Shown: positions 15,776 to 25,114, counted from the stretch's first letter. The stretch: DNA of 32,000 nucleotides from Desulfocapsa sulfexigens DSM 10523 (GCF_000341395.1 NC_020304.1:2400001-2432000), one strand, 5' to 3'. The notes: generated from the letters alone by a model not told the origin. Translations and numbers: made by a program.

Positions 15776-16489
15776 ATGTCGACCAACTCTACTACCCACC
15801 CTACTTGGCTTATCGCGTGGATGGAAGCAAAAGAAATTTCTCTATGGGGTGCCGCAGACCTTCGAAATTTTTCAACACCTTCAGATCAAGCAGGAAATCG
15901 ATTTCCAATCGCTATTTCATTTGTGATTCCCATGAATCCCATAATAATGGATAGTATCCATAAAGGGCCTAACCAGGCATATGCCGATGAATACACACGA
16001 GTGAACAAACACATTAATGAATTATCAACAACCCTATCAGTAGAAATCAAATCAAGAGGTTTTCAATCCCTACCTTTAGCGGCATCAGTACGTTCAGATC
16101 CTGTGAACATTAAGGGAGATTTTCCACACAAAACTGCGGCAACAAGAGCGGGTTTGGGATGGATAGGGCGTCATTGTCAGCTCATTACGCGTCCTTTCGG
16201 TTCATGGGTTCGGTTGGGAACCGTCTTTACTGATATTGAAATTCCGTGTGGACCGCCGGTGAAAAAGAATTTTTGCGGTAGCTGCATGAGTTGTGTCGAG
16301 GCTTGCCCTGCAAAAGCATTGAAAGGTAGTGAGTGGTATCCGGGGTTGGCTCGGGAGGAAATATTGGATGTGCAAGCATGTGATCAATGGAAAAAGGAAC
16401 ATTATTTTCAATATCACAAAGGACACAATTGCGGAATCTGTTCAGCAGTTTGTCCTTATGGTCAGCGATTGTTAAAAAAACTTCGATAG
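15776..16489 (+). CDS. 4Fe-4S cluster protein related to epoxyqueuosine reductase / reductive-dehalogenase C-terminal domains
   Basis: Two ferredoxin-type motifs, CGSCMSCVEACP and CGICSAVCP. RBS AAGGAGA lies 7 nt before the ATG at 15776. The ORF-track GTG at 15728 falls inside the junction element. Confidence 0.75.
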   Translation: MSTNSTTHPTWLIAWMEAKEISLWGAADLRNFSTPSDQAGNRFPIAISFVIPMNPIIMDSIHKGPNQAYADEYTRVNKHINELSTTLSVEIKSRGFQSLPLAASVRSDPVNIKGDFPHKTAATRAGLGWIGRHCQLITRPFGSWVRLGTVFTDIEIPCGPPVKKNFCGSCMSCVEACPAKALKGSEWYPGLAREEILDVQACDQWKKEHYFQYHKGHNCGICSAVCPYGQRLLKKLR

Positions 16490-16503
16490 TGAATGAAATC
16501 TGT

Positions 16504-16590
16504 AAATAACAGCTATTTCACATGGACTTACAGGAGTTCGACGGTCACCCCGGACATCAGCTTTAGTGGAAAGAATTTATTGCGTTCATA
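16504..16590 (+). repeat. attC-like junction element (last in the array, degenerate)
   Basis: AAATAAC, TTCACATGGAC (16517-16527), GTGGAAA pairing with TTTCAC leaving one bulged G, and GCGTTCATA (16582-16590). Confidence 0.35.
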
Positions 16591-16731
16591 AATTGGGGGA
16601 CGCAATACCATTTCAAGTTGCAAGTAAAGCCTATCAAGAAACTTCAAGGACCATTTGAAATGGAAAATTGGTTGTAGCGCACCTAAAAGCAATCAAGCAA
16701 GAACGTTCCTCTATGTCTGTGAGAGGCTGTC

Positions 16732-17478
16732 TCAAGGAGAAGGGGATGTATGAATCCGTATATAGTCGAGGCAGGCTCTGGCGGATTCACCAGTGTTGTC
16801 TGAGTCGCTCATAACTGCAATGGCGGCGATTGAAGGGGGATCTTCGCCAAAGGCGGAACGGTAATCCTGGAGAATGTTGGCGGTATGTTCCAGCCACTTG
16901 CCCACATCTTCTTTTCCGGATGCCATCGGGAAAACCATGGCCAGGTCGGTGTAAGGGTTGGGGAGAAAGTGTTCGGGGTGTTTCCGACTGGACCAGACAT
17001 AGTTGAGCGAGCTGTGAGGAGGGTATTTCCCGTATAGGGCTCGGATAACTTCATATTTTATCTTCTTGAATACGGAAGCTTTTTCCGGGTCATACTCAAA
17101 CATCACATAGATGCGTACAGGAGCATCGTCACCTTCCTTTTTGCTTATATCCCCTTTCTGGTATATGTTGCTGATTCGCCAGCGCCAGCTAATCATGGGG
17201 AAAATGTAGGCGTCGAACCGTTCAGAGAGAAGCAGGGCTGAGGCGGAGTTATCGGAACTGGCCTCAAGGCACGATGTTCCCATCAGATCGGTTGCTTGAT
17301 AGGTGGAACGATTTTCAATATTTTTGAATGAAAACAATTCCCAGCGCTCAATCCCATCAAATTGTTCATCCAGGAAAATATCAGCTGCCGGGCTCTGCAG
17401 TGGAAATGCGAGCAGCAATAAAAGAAGCAGGAGTACAGTGGCAGGTGGTCGTCGGCATCCGCTTGTCATAGTTTCCAC
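16732..17478 (-). CDS. DUF3047-family secreted protein
   Basis: Signal peptide (LLLLLLLLAFPLQSPA/AD). ISWRWRISN....GDDAPVRIYVMF matches the DUF3047 signature as I recall it. Confidence 0.75.
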   Translation of the reverse strand: METMTSGCRRPPATVLLLLLLLLAFPLQSPAADIFLDEQFDGIERWELFSFKNIENRSTYQATDLMGTSCLEASSDNSASALLLSERFDAYIFPMISWRWRISNIYQKGDISKKEGDDAPVRIYVMFEYDPEKASVFKKIKYEVIRALYGKYPPHSSLNYVWSSRKHPEHFLPNPYTDLAMVFPMASGKEDVGKWLEHTANILQDYRSAFGEDPPSIAAIAVMSDSDNTGESARACLDYIRIHTSPSP

Positions 17479-18437
17479 CCGTAAAATTTGAGGAATCCGG
17501 GGAAGTCGTTCATGTCTGAAACCCTGCGATTCCAGACCTTCAGACTTGTATAGAAGGGATTAGCGCCAGTTCCGGTGCCGGTGAATTCCTTGTCCATCCC
17601 AACGTAGAAATCAAAACTGATAAGGCTGAGGAGCAGTGATTCCCATGGCTTGATAGCTCCCTTCACATGACCCTGCAGGGGCCAGGTCTGGTAATAGAAA
17701 CTGGTGCTGCCTCCGTCTGGAAGTTGCAGTGCCTTCAGTGATTCCAGGTTCATCACTTCTGCCTCGATAAAGGGTGCATCCAGTGGGGTGTCTCCTGAGA
17801 TAATGGAAAGAGCGCTAACCCGGTGTATTTCAGGTCGAACCTGGATAACGAGTAGATCGTCAGCCGAGTATGGAGGAAGTATTGCCGGCAGTAGTTCCCC
17901 ATAGATATTCTGGTTGTCATCCGGCCATTGTTCAGGGTAGGCAGTAACCGACAGGTGGGCAGTGGGAACGATGGCGATATAGCAGCCGCAGGTTTGCACC
18001 GTAGTCACCAACAGTGGATTCTGGTTGTTGTCCATGGTGATGATTACCAGGATTCCAGGATTTTTGCCGGCCGTCAGGTAAAATGGAAAGAGGCTGAATG
18101 GTGTGTCGGAAAAGTGGATCCGGTAAACCAGGTTGCTATAGTTTCCATTGGCAGTGGAGAAGGGGAAGGTGCCGGCATAGATAACTGAGCGGTCCGGGTC
18201 GACGGAGATGCATTCAACCTCATCAGTCTTTGCTGCAGTTGCCAGGCCGATGCGGTTGTGCGGACGATCCCATCCTGGTACCTGGAAAATTGGAGAAAAG
18301 CGGGTGATCAGTTCATCCTGGCGGTTTGTTGGACCGACATAGCGGTTTGTGTCAGGTGAGGGGCCGGGGCTATGGAGAGAACAGCCTGTAAGGCAGAGAA
18401 ACAGGAAGGAAAAGATGAAATACAGGCAGTTGTTCAT
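17466..18437 (-). CDS. lipoprotein of unknown function (323 aa)
   Basis: Lipobox LCLTG/C. Long ORF whose 3' end overlaps the DUF3047 start by 13 nt. I do not recognise the family. Confidence 0.7.
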   Translation of the reverse strand: MNNCLYFIFSFLFLCLTGCSLHSPGPSPDTNRYVGPTNRQDELITRFSPIFQVPGWDRPHNRIGLATAAKTDEVECISVDPDRSVIYAGTFPFSTANGNYSNLVYRIHFSDTPFSLFPFYLTAGKNPGILVIITMDNNQNPLLVTTVQTCGCYIAIVPTAHLSVTAYPEQWPDDNQNIYGELLPAILPPYSADDLLVIQVRPEIHRVSALSIISGDTPLDAPFIEAEVMNLESLKALQLPDGGSTSFYYQTWPLQGHVKGAIKPWESLLLSLISFDFYVGMDKEFTGTGTGANPFYTSLKVWNRRVSDMNDFPGFLKFYGWKL

Positions 18438-18636
18438 TGCTTTACTGGTTAGTTATAGGAATGGGCAGGTCAAGTAAAAAAACAGCACTTTATAAAGATA
18501 GTTTTTGAAAAGCCAGCTTTATTTCAAATTAAATAGTTCCTGCCTTTGCAGACTTTTTTTGAGTTATGTAAAATGATTACAGGGGGGCATATTGGCGGAA
18601 AGTCTTGCATCAGAGAGGAAACAAATTTTGTCTCCT

Positions 18637-19203
18637 TCAGAAAACCTCTAAAAACGCTTTGTGATCTTCCTGGTTACCCTGCATGTCTGCCAGGGAAAGG
18701 GTGAGTACGTAATGACCAGCACTCAGTTTGGGGATTCTTGCGTCAATAACATAGTCAGCATTCTCACCATCCAGAGGATCGCGCATAAAGGGCATCATCC
18801 GATCAGTGATATTTAAGGAAAAAAAACCACGTTTTCCTTTGACACGCAAGGAGTCGAGATTGATTGGTGCCATACGACTTTTCAGGTAAACCAGAAGTCG
18901 TACCGGAGCAGCAGAGCGGTAGATGTCTCCCACCGGCGTAGGATCAATTATGGAGACAATTGGTCCCAGCTCATTGTCGCTATCGAATTTGATTTTGTCA
19001 CCTGTGGTGTATGGTTGAGCATCTTGTTTTACCGAGAGGAATTTTTGATGCTGAGCCAGTTCAAGTGACCATTCTTCCTGGGTCAGTTTAAGCTGTTCCA
19101 GCTCGTTATCGCTGAATAGGGGAGAGTGCTCCGTGTACCCTGGATTACTGAAAAAAAAGAGGAAAATAAAGGCTAGGGGCAGGGAATATTTTCTAAGTAA
19201 CAT
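18637..19203 (-). CDS. secreted protein of unknown function (188 aa)
   Basis: Hydrophobic N-terminal signal (LPLAFIFLFFFSNPGYT). I do not recognise the family. Confidence 0.6.
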   Translation of the reverse strand: MLLRKYSLPLAFIFLFFFSNPGYTEHSPLFSDNELEQLKLTQEEWSLELAQHQKFLSVKQDAQPYTTGDKIKFDSDNELGPIVSIIDPTPVGDIYRSAAPVRLLVYLKSRMAPINLDSLRVKGKRGFFSLNITDRMMPFMRDPLDGENADYVIDARIPKLSAGHYVLTLSLADMQGNQEDHKAFLEVF

Positions 19204-19451
19204 ATATCGTCACCTCGGAATAATTTAACCTGAACGATTCGACAAGCATAGCGGTGAGTATGGAGCAACATCTCTTTCATGATACAGCTATCTCAGCAGG
19301 AGGGACACATAAAAAAGCACTGGTGTTACAAATTAAGCATTATGACTACTTCAGGTTAGATGGGTCTCTTCAGCAGCATATTAGCTTCTTTAAAGAATTT
19401 TCGACAAAAGTAATTCTCTGAAAAATCCAGTCCCAGCTACCACATTTTCCC

Positions 19452-19530
19452 TTGACACCGTCATCGATATTAGTATCCTTCCAAAATTGTATTGGACAAT
19501 ATTGTATTGCCAAATTAAATATTGCAAAAT
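19452..19530 (+). promoter_or_regulatory. candidate proV promoter/operator region
   Basis: TTGACA at 19452-19457. Three TATTG(G/C) repeats at exact 15-bp spacing (19490, 19505, 19520). Perfect palindrome ACAATATTGT (19496-19505). Confidence 0.35.
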
Positions 19531-19676
19531 AGTAATTTTGAGTTTAACCGCCTGCCTGGATCTCCTTAGTAAGACTGAACGGTGGAAAGTGTCAGACTGT
19601 CTGAGCTAATGTAGCTTATTCGATAATGAACCGGTGACCTCTCTTTTGAAATGTATTCCGGAGAACAGATACTTGT

Positions 19677-20876
19677 ATGGAAAAAATAGTCGTAGAAAAT
19701 CTGTATAAAATTTTTGGTGACAACCCAAAACAGGCTCTGGATCTGCTCAAGCAGGGAAAGGACAAGGATGAAATACTTGAGGCAACAGGCATGTCTGTCG
19801 GCGTTCAGGATGCCAATTTCGTAGTGAACAGTGGTGAGATATTTGTCGTTATGGGACTGTCCGGCTCCGGGAAATCGACCCTGGTTCGCATGTTGAATCG
19901 ACTCATCGAGCCAACCAGTGGAAAAGTTCTGGTTGACGGAAAGAACGTGGTAACAATGTCACCAGATGAACTGGTCAAGTTCCGTCTCCATAATATGAGC
20001 ATGGTCTTTCAGTCGTTTGCCCTTATGCCCCATCTTACCGTCCTCGAAAATGCCTCATTCGGTCTCGATCTGGCAGGGTTTGATAAGGCCAAGCAGAAAA
20101 AACGTGCAATAAAAGCCCTTGAGCAGGTTGGGCTTTCAGGATGGGAGGATTCTTATCCAAAACAGCTCAGCGGTGGTATGCAACAGCGCGTTGGTCTGGC
20201 CCGCGGCCTTGCCGTTGATCCTGATATTCTACTTATGGATGAGGCATTTTCTGCACTTGACCCACTTATACGGACGGAAATGCAGGATGAGTTGCTCAAA
20301 CTCCAGAAACGAGATCAGAGAACGATAGTTTTTATTTCTCATGACCTTGATGAGGCACTACGAATCGGAGATAGAATTGCCATCATGGAAGGAGGACGCG
20401 TGGTTCAGGTTGGTGCTCCCGAGGAGATTCTGCAAAATCCTGCAGACGACTATGTTCGAGCATTCTTCCGTGGCGTGGATCCCACCAGTGTGATTTCGGC
20501 AGGGGATATCGTCAGGAACGACACGCAGTTGACGATCATCAAATCTCGTGTCGGAAGCCTGAGGTCAGCCCATGAACTGCTGAGTATTAAGGATAGAGAT
20601 TTCGCCTATGTTCTCGATTCGGATCATAAATTTCTGGGTCTGGTTACTGCTGAAAAACTAAAAGAACTCCTGGAAAATGGTGCTCCTGATAATCCCATTG
20701 ACCAGAGTTTTATGACTGAAGTTTGCACTGTGCAACTTGGTGACTCTATGCAGGATATCTTGCCGGAGGTTGCATCCCGCTCATGGCCGGTACCAGTGGT
20801 TGACGAACAGGGTGTCTATAAGGGGGTGGTCTCTAAGAACAGATTCTTACAGACACTCCACCGAACTGAGCAGTAA
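19677..20876 (+). CDS. proV: glycine betaine/proline ABC transporter ATP-binding protein with C-terminal CBS-type domains
   Basis: Walker [10 protein letters not shown], signature [13 protein letters not shown], Walker [14 protein letters not shown]-terminal extension of about 120 aa, typical of ProV/OpuAA. Confidence 0.93.
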   Translation: MEKIVVENLYKIFGDNPKQALDLLKQGKDKDEILEATGMSVGVQDANFVVNSGEIFVVMGLSGSGKSTLVRMLNRLIEPTSGKVLVDGKNVVTMSPDELVKFRLHNMSMVFQSFALMPHLTVLENASFGLDLAGFDKAKQKKRAIKALEQVGLSGWEDSYPKQLSGGMQQRVGLARGLAVDPDILLMDEAFSALDPLIRTEMQDELLKLQKRDQRTIVFISHDLDEALRIGDRIAIMEGGRVVQVGAPEEILQNPADDYVRAFFRGVDPTSVISAGDIVRNDTQLTIIKSRVGSLRSAHELLSIKDRDFAYVLDSDHKFLGLVTAEKLKELLENGAPDNPIDQSFMTEVCTVQLGDSMQDILPEVASRSWPVPVVDEQGVYKGVVSKNRFLQTLHRTEQ

Positions 20877-20909
20877 GCCGAATGAATAAACGACACAAAG
20901 GATACATGT

Positions 20910-21740
20910 ATGTTTGAAGACAAAGTCATACCGTTAGATGCCTGGGTCTCACAGGCTGTTGACTTGCTGGTGGGGAATTATCGTGACATTTTCCAGACCA
21001 TCAAGTGGCCCGTGGAGCAAACCCTGAATGGACTTGATGCAGGGCTTAATGCCCTGCATCCTCTGATCGTCATTGCAGTAATTGTGATTGCTGCTTATCG
21101 CTTTGCCGGAAAAGGACTTGCTGTCTTTTCTGTTGTTACCCTCTTCCTGATCGGTTTCCTCGGGCTTTGGGAAGATACTATGACCACTCTGGCCATGGTT
21201 CTTTCCTCTGTGGTATTCTGTGTTCTTGTTGGGGTACCGCTTGGCATATGGGCTGGACGAAGCGATCGGTTCAATGCAAGCCTGCGCCCTCTGCTGGACG
21301 CCATGCAGACAACTCCGGCATTTGTCTATCTTGTACCGATTGTCATGCTTTTTTCTGTTGGCAATGTGGCAGGCGTTCTGGCAACCATCGTCTTTGCCCT
21401 GCCGCCTGTGATCCGTCTTACCAGTCTTGGAATTCGTCAGGTTCACCCTGAGCTCATAGAAGCGGCCCAGGCCTTTGGTGCAACCCGCTGGCAGGTTCTT
21501 CGAAGAGTACAGATTCCTTTGGCAATGCCGACTATCATGGCAGGTCTCAATCAAACCATAATGATGGCCCTGTCCATGGTCGTCATTGCCGCACTTATTG
21601 GAGCTGGGGGCCTGGGTTCACCAGTTATTCTTGGTTTGAATACACTTGATATCGGGCAGGCCGTGATAGGTGGTTTGGGGATTGTTCTTATTGCCATTAT
21701 TCTGGATCGAATCACCCAGGCCATGGCCCAAAAGAAGTAA
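20910..21740 (+). CDS. proW: glycine betaine/proline ABC transporter permease
   Basis: Multi-TM BPD-type permease with the ProW-like segment ATIVFALPPVIRLTSLGIRQV. Confidence 0.92.
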   Translation: MFEDKVIPLDAWVSQAVDLLVGNYRDIFQTIKWPVEQTLNGLDAGLNALHPLIVIAVIVIAAYRFAGKGLAVFSVVTLFLIGFLGLWEDTMTTLAMVLSSVVFCVLVGVPLGIWAGRSDRFNASLRPLLDAMQTTPAFVYLVPIVMLFSVGNVAGVLATIVFALPPVIRLTSLGIRQVHPELIEAAQAFGATRWQVLRRVQIPLAMPTIMAGLNQTIMMALSMVVIAALIGAGGLGSPVILGLNTLDIGQAVIGGLGIVLIAIILDRITQAMAQKK

Positions 21741-21819
21741 TACCTGAGACCAGTTGTAACACAGGTATAGATTAGCACTATTTGTAAACCCATAAAGAGA
21801 TACAAAAAAGGAGATCAAG

Positions 21820-22854
21820 ATGCAAAAGCTTAAAAAAGTTCTAACTGCTTTAACAATTGGCCTGGTTCTGTCTGTTGGACAATCCATGGCATCGGAGGAC
21901 CAACCAGGAGCAGGGAAAACGGTCGAGCCTGCTCGTGCAACGTGGAATACCGGTTTTTTTCAGGAGGCCCTTGTTCGTCGCGGCCTGGAAGAGCTGGGGT
22001 ATAAGGCCAAGAAACCAAAAGACCTTGCCAATCCAATCTTTTACAACGCATTAACTCTTGGTGACCTTGATTACTGGTGCAACGGCTGGTTCCCCATGCA
22101 TGATGCCCAGCTGCCGAAAAATTTTGACGAAAAGGCCGCTAAATATGGATATGTTTCCAAGGCAGGAGGATTACAGGGCTATCTTGTTTCAAAAAAAGAA
22201 GTCGAAAAATATAACATCCAGTCTCTTGATGACTTCAAACGGGATGATGTAAAAAAAGCCTTTGATAAAAACGGTGACGGCAAAGCAGACCTGACTGCAT
22301 GTCCTCCAGGTTGGGCTTGTGAGGGGGTCATTACCCACCATATGGATGTCTATGGTCTTGAGGATCACATCAACCCCGTCAAGGCATCATATGAGGCCGG
22401 GATGGCTTCTGCATTGGCGAGTTACAAAAGTGGAGAACCCGTCTTTTTCTATACCTGGGCTCCAAACTGGACTATTTTCAAGCTCAAACCTGGACAGGAT
22501 GTGATGTGGATTAATGTTCCAGAAATAATACCCACCGAATCACAAAAAGTTGCTGAAGACAGAATGACTGTCTCTGGTATCGAAGGTGCGGTGAGTGACC
22601 CCGTTAAACTTGGTTTTGTAGTCTCTGATATACGGATTGTTGCGAATAAGAAGTTTATTGCTGAAAATCCTGCAGCGCAGAAATTTTTCGAGCTCTTCGC
22701 CCTGCCTCTCATTGATATTAACGAACAAAACACCAAAATGAATGAAGGTGAAAAGTCTGAAAAAGATATCAGTCGTCATGTGGACGAGTGGATTGCAAAA
22801 AACAGCGCAACCTGGAATGGCTGGCTTGCCGCAGCACGTGCTGCAGCTAAATAA
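21820..22854 (+). CDS. proX: glycine betaine-binding periplasmic protein
   Basis: Signal peptide. Strong resemblance to E. coli ProX as recalled (NGDGKADLT.CPPGW.CEG, KSGEPVFFYTW.P.W, IVANK.F...NPAA.KLF). Confidence 0.92.
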   Translation: MQKLKKVLTALTIGLVLSVGQSMASEDQPGAGKTVEPARATWNTGFFQEALVRRGLEELGYKAKKPKDLANPIFYNALTLGDLDYWCNGWFPMHDAQLPKNFDEKAAKYGYVSKAGGLQGYLVSKKEVEKYNIQSLDDFKRDDVKKAFDKNGDGKADLTACPPGWACEGVITHHMDVYGLEDHINPVKASYEAGMASALASYKSGEPVFFYTWAPNWTIFKLKPGQDVMWINVPEIIPTESQKVAEDRMTVSGIEGAVSDPVKLGFVVSDIRIVANKKFIAENPAAQKFFELFALPLIDINEQNTKMNEGEKSEKDISRHVDEWIAKNSATWNGWLAAARAAAK

Positions 22855-22875
22855 GGATTTACCTCCCTTTTTTAT

Positions 22876-22914
22876 AGCCTGGATCTTTTTTTGAAAGATT
22901 CAGGCTTTTTTTTC
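22876..22914 (+). terminator. rho-independent terminator of proVWX
   Basis: AGCCTGGATC / GATTCAGGCT stem (one G-T pair) followed by a T8-9 run. Confidence 0.7.
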
Positions 22915-22952
22915 CATTAAAATATGCCCAAATTTTTCAGAATGACCATGCA

Positions 22953-22994
22953 GTCAATGATTGATTGACATCAGTTGGGAAAATATCGTATATG
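22953..22994 (+). promoter_or_regulatory. candidate MarR-gene promoter with an overlapping palindromic operator
   Basis: GTCAAT-N5-ATTGAC inverted repeat (22953-22969) overlaps TTGACA (22965-22970). A TATAT-type -10 lies 17-18 nt downstream. Confidence 0.35.
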
Positions 22995-23070
22995 CACCTA
23001 GATAATGTGAGTGGTTTCTGCGTATGCTAAGAGACCGATCTTTAAAGTAACAAGAGAAGAGAATGGTCTT

Positions 23071-23562
23071 ATGGAAAATCGCCAGGACTGCATGCAGAAT
23101 ATCACCAAACAGTTGCGGGTGTTATTCCGAACTATTCAGGTCCATGCCAAAACCGTCGAACAGCAATGCGGATTGAGTAGCGCCAAGCTGTGGATGATGT
23201 GGGAACTTTTTGCCAATCCCGGTATCAAGGTTTCAGAGCTTGCCCGGGCTCTGACAATTCATCCGTCGACATGTAGCAACATGCTGGATCAACTTGAAGA
23301 TAAAGGGTTGACCCGTCGGGACAGAAGCAAGTCTGACCAGCGTGCTGTCCATCTTTATCTCACCGAAGCAGGAACCCAGTTACTGGCAACAGCTCCTCGC
23401 CCTGCCCAGGGCACTTTGTCTTTGGCACTTGAGAACCTCAGTGATAATCACCTCACCTACCTTGAAGAAGGATTGGACCAACTTATTCAGGCGATGCAGG
23501 TGAAGGATGATGAGGCAGGTATGCTTCCTCTTTCTAGCCGTGACTCTGATCTTAGAGAGTGA
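23071..23562 (+). CDS. MarR-family transcriptional regulator
   Basis: Winged-helix region (VSELARALTIHPSTCSNMLDQLEDKGLTRRDRSKSDQRAVHLYLTEAG). The ATG at 23071 is preferred to the GTG at 23011. Confidence 0.88.
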   Translation: MENRQDCMQNITKQLRVLFRTIQVHAKTVEQQCGLSSAKLWMMWELFANPGIKVSELARALTIHPSTCSNMLDQLEDKGLTRRDRSKSDQRAVHLYLTEAGTQLLATAPRPAQGTLSLALENLSDNHLTYLEEGLDQLIQAMQVKDDEAGMLPLSSRDSDLRE

Positions 23563-23652
23563 CTCTCCTGGTAACCAGGCCTCGGGGCACATCTTTTTTC
23601 CTTATTTCAGTAAGCATAGTGTGACTGTTTGAATGATGTACGCATGAAAGCA

Positions 23653-24171
23653 TCATTTATGGTCCTTTAGGGGCAACATTTTCATACACAATCCCTGAAT
23701 GAGTGCACCAAAGAGCATATAAAAAGAAAAAACAATGGTAAAGGTCCAGCCAAAGTAGTCGATCATAATTGGCAAAAGAGGAACTTTAATAGCCCGGGAA
23801 GCAAAAAAGACGACAATATATTCGTCCCTCATCCCATGACTGCGCAGATCCTCAAGAAGAGGATACCAGGCATACATTGGTCCGTGGCTGATGACTCCTC
23901 CGGCCAGGGCCCATAACCAGCCCTTAATGTCATTCCCTTCCCCCAGGTGCCTGGCGATTTGTTTTGGTTTTACGAAATAGTTCAGTATGGAAGTGAGCAG
24001 GATTACAATGCAAAATATTGGCAGAATTTTTGTTAGAACAGTACTGCTTTTTTGCAGGGCTAACTGGGCAGATTCACTATTTATGAGAAAAAAGACACCA
24101 TAAAAGACAAGGACACTCAGCAGGAGGTATTTACCACGAAAGGCGAAGGGTTTATTATGGTTTTTTTTCAT
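23653..24171 (-). CDS. small integral membrane permease-like protein (second gene of a pair)
   Basis: 172 aa with about 5 TM segments. ATGA overlap with the upstream 156-aa membrane protein. Possibly a split DUF318/ArsP-like permease; that family call is low confidence. Confidence 0.6.
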   Translation of the reverse strand: MKKNHNKPFAFRGKYLLLSVLVFYGVFFLINSESAQLALQKSSTVLTKILPIFCIVILLTSILNYFVKPKQIARHLGEGNDIKGWLWALAGGVISHGPMYAWYPLLEDLRSHGMRDEYIVVFFASRAIKVPLLPIMIDYFGWTFTIVFSFYMLFGALIQGLCMKMLPLKDHK

Positions 24172-24638
24172 GATAGCACCTGCATGGTCAGGGTGGTGAG
24201 CGCTGCTGTAATCATGACAAAGATAAAGGCCAGGATATTCCGGTAGAGGGTAAAGCGTCCGCCAAACACCTCAATCTCGGCGGGTAACTGGATAAAACCA
24301 AGAGTTATCCAGGATAAAAGAAAGGCGCTCACAGCATAGAGTGAAACTCCCTGATTAAGCAGCTCGCCGCCAATAATATAGCTGACGATAGGATTACCAG
24401 CGGCTACCGCGCCACTCAGGGTTCCTGTCAATGTGTCTAATAGAGGATTGCCACGAAACATGGAGGTGAGCATCTTTGGGGTCACCAGCACCTGGAATAT
24501 GCCAACGAGTCCAATGGTTGCGAGCAAGAGTGGTGTCATAGCAAGAAAAGAAAGACTGCTTTTTTGTAATACCTTTTGAAAGGAAGGCTTTTGTGACGCC
24601 ATTTTCTGCCGCTTCTTCTCTGTGTCCGGTTCTGTCAT
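24168..24638 (-). CDS. small integral membrane permease-like protein (first gene of a pair)
   Basis: 156 aa with about 4 TM segments. Translationally coupled to 23653..24171. Confidence 0.6.
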   Translation of the reverse strand: MTEPDTEKKRQKMASQKPSFQKVLQKSSLSFLAMTPLLLATIGLVGIFQVLVTPKMLTSMFRGNPLLDTLTGTLSGAVAAGNPIVSYIIGGELLNQGVSLYAVSAFLLSWITLGFIQLPAEIEVFGGRFTLYRNILAFIFVMITAALTTLTMQVLS

Positions 24639-24936
24639 TTTCCATGCCCTTGTATTTGGTTGCCCTGTTTCAGTATTCTGGAACAGGCTATTCTTTGCTT
24701 TGTCATGTATTCAGGATAAGCAGGAAGTAAGGTAAATCAAGATTATACTATTGACTTCCTTGTTTCTGTTCACTCACAATTCCCTATACGCGATTCCATT
24801 TCTCATGATGTCTTCAGTTGGTTGTGAGTTGTCAGGTTTTACTAAGATATTTCGTCGTTCTTTGATATATATCCTTGCCAGGGGTATTTACTTGAAATGG
24901 AATTATTCTACACAATGTGTGATTTTCTTTAAGGTA

Positions 24937-25114
24937 CCTGATTACCATCGAAACTCAGCTTTGCAACCCGGAGCTGTTCCGTGTCGATTGTATGGGACGC
25001 CATAAACCCATACCTGGGGGCTCTGCAGCGGCCGTCCAGGCCGCAGATGCCCATATAATCAACACGAAACAACTCCTCCTCAGGCGGGTAGGCTGAGGAT
25101 CAGTGGTAATCAGG
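24937..25114. mobile_element. MITE-like non-autonomous element (178 bp)
   Basis: Perfect 10-bp termini CCTGATTACC...GGTAATCAGG, extending to about 19 of 23 matches. Immediately flanked by the 8-bp direct repeat TTAAGGTA (24929-24936 and 25115-25122). GC-rich structured interior with no ORF. Confidence 0.6.

Noticed and set aside
19493-19510. Possible sigma-54 promoter (TGG....TTGC) upstream of proV.
   Set aside because: The GG-to-GC spacing is 13 nt, not the required 10 nt.
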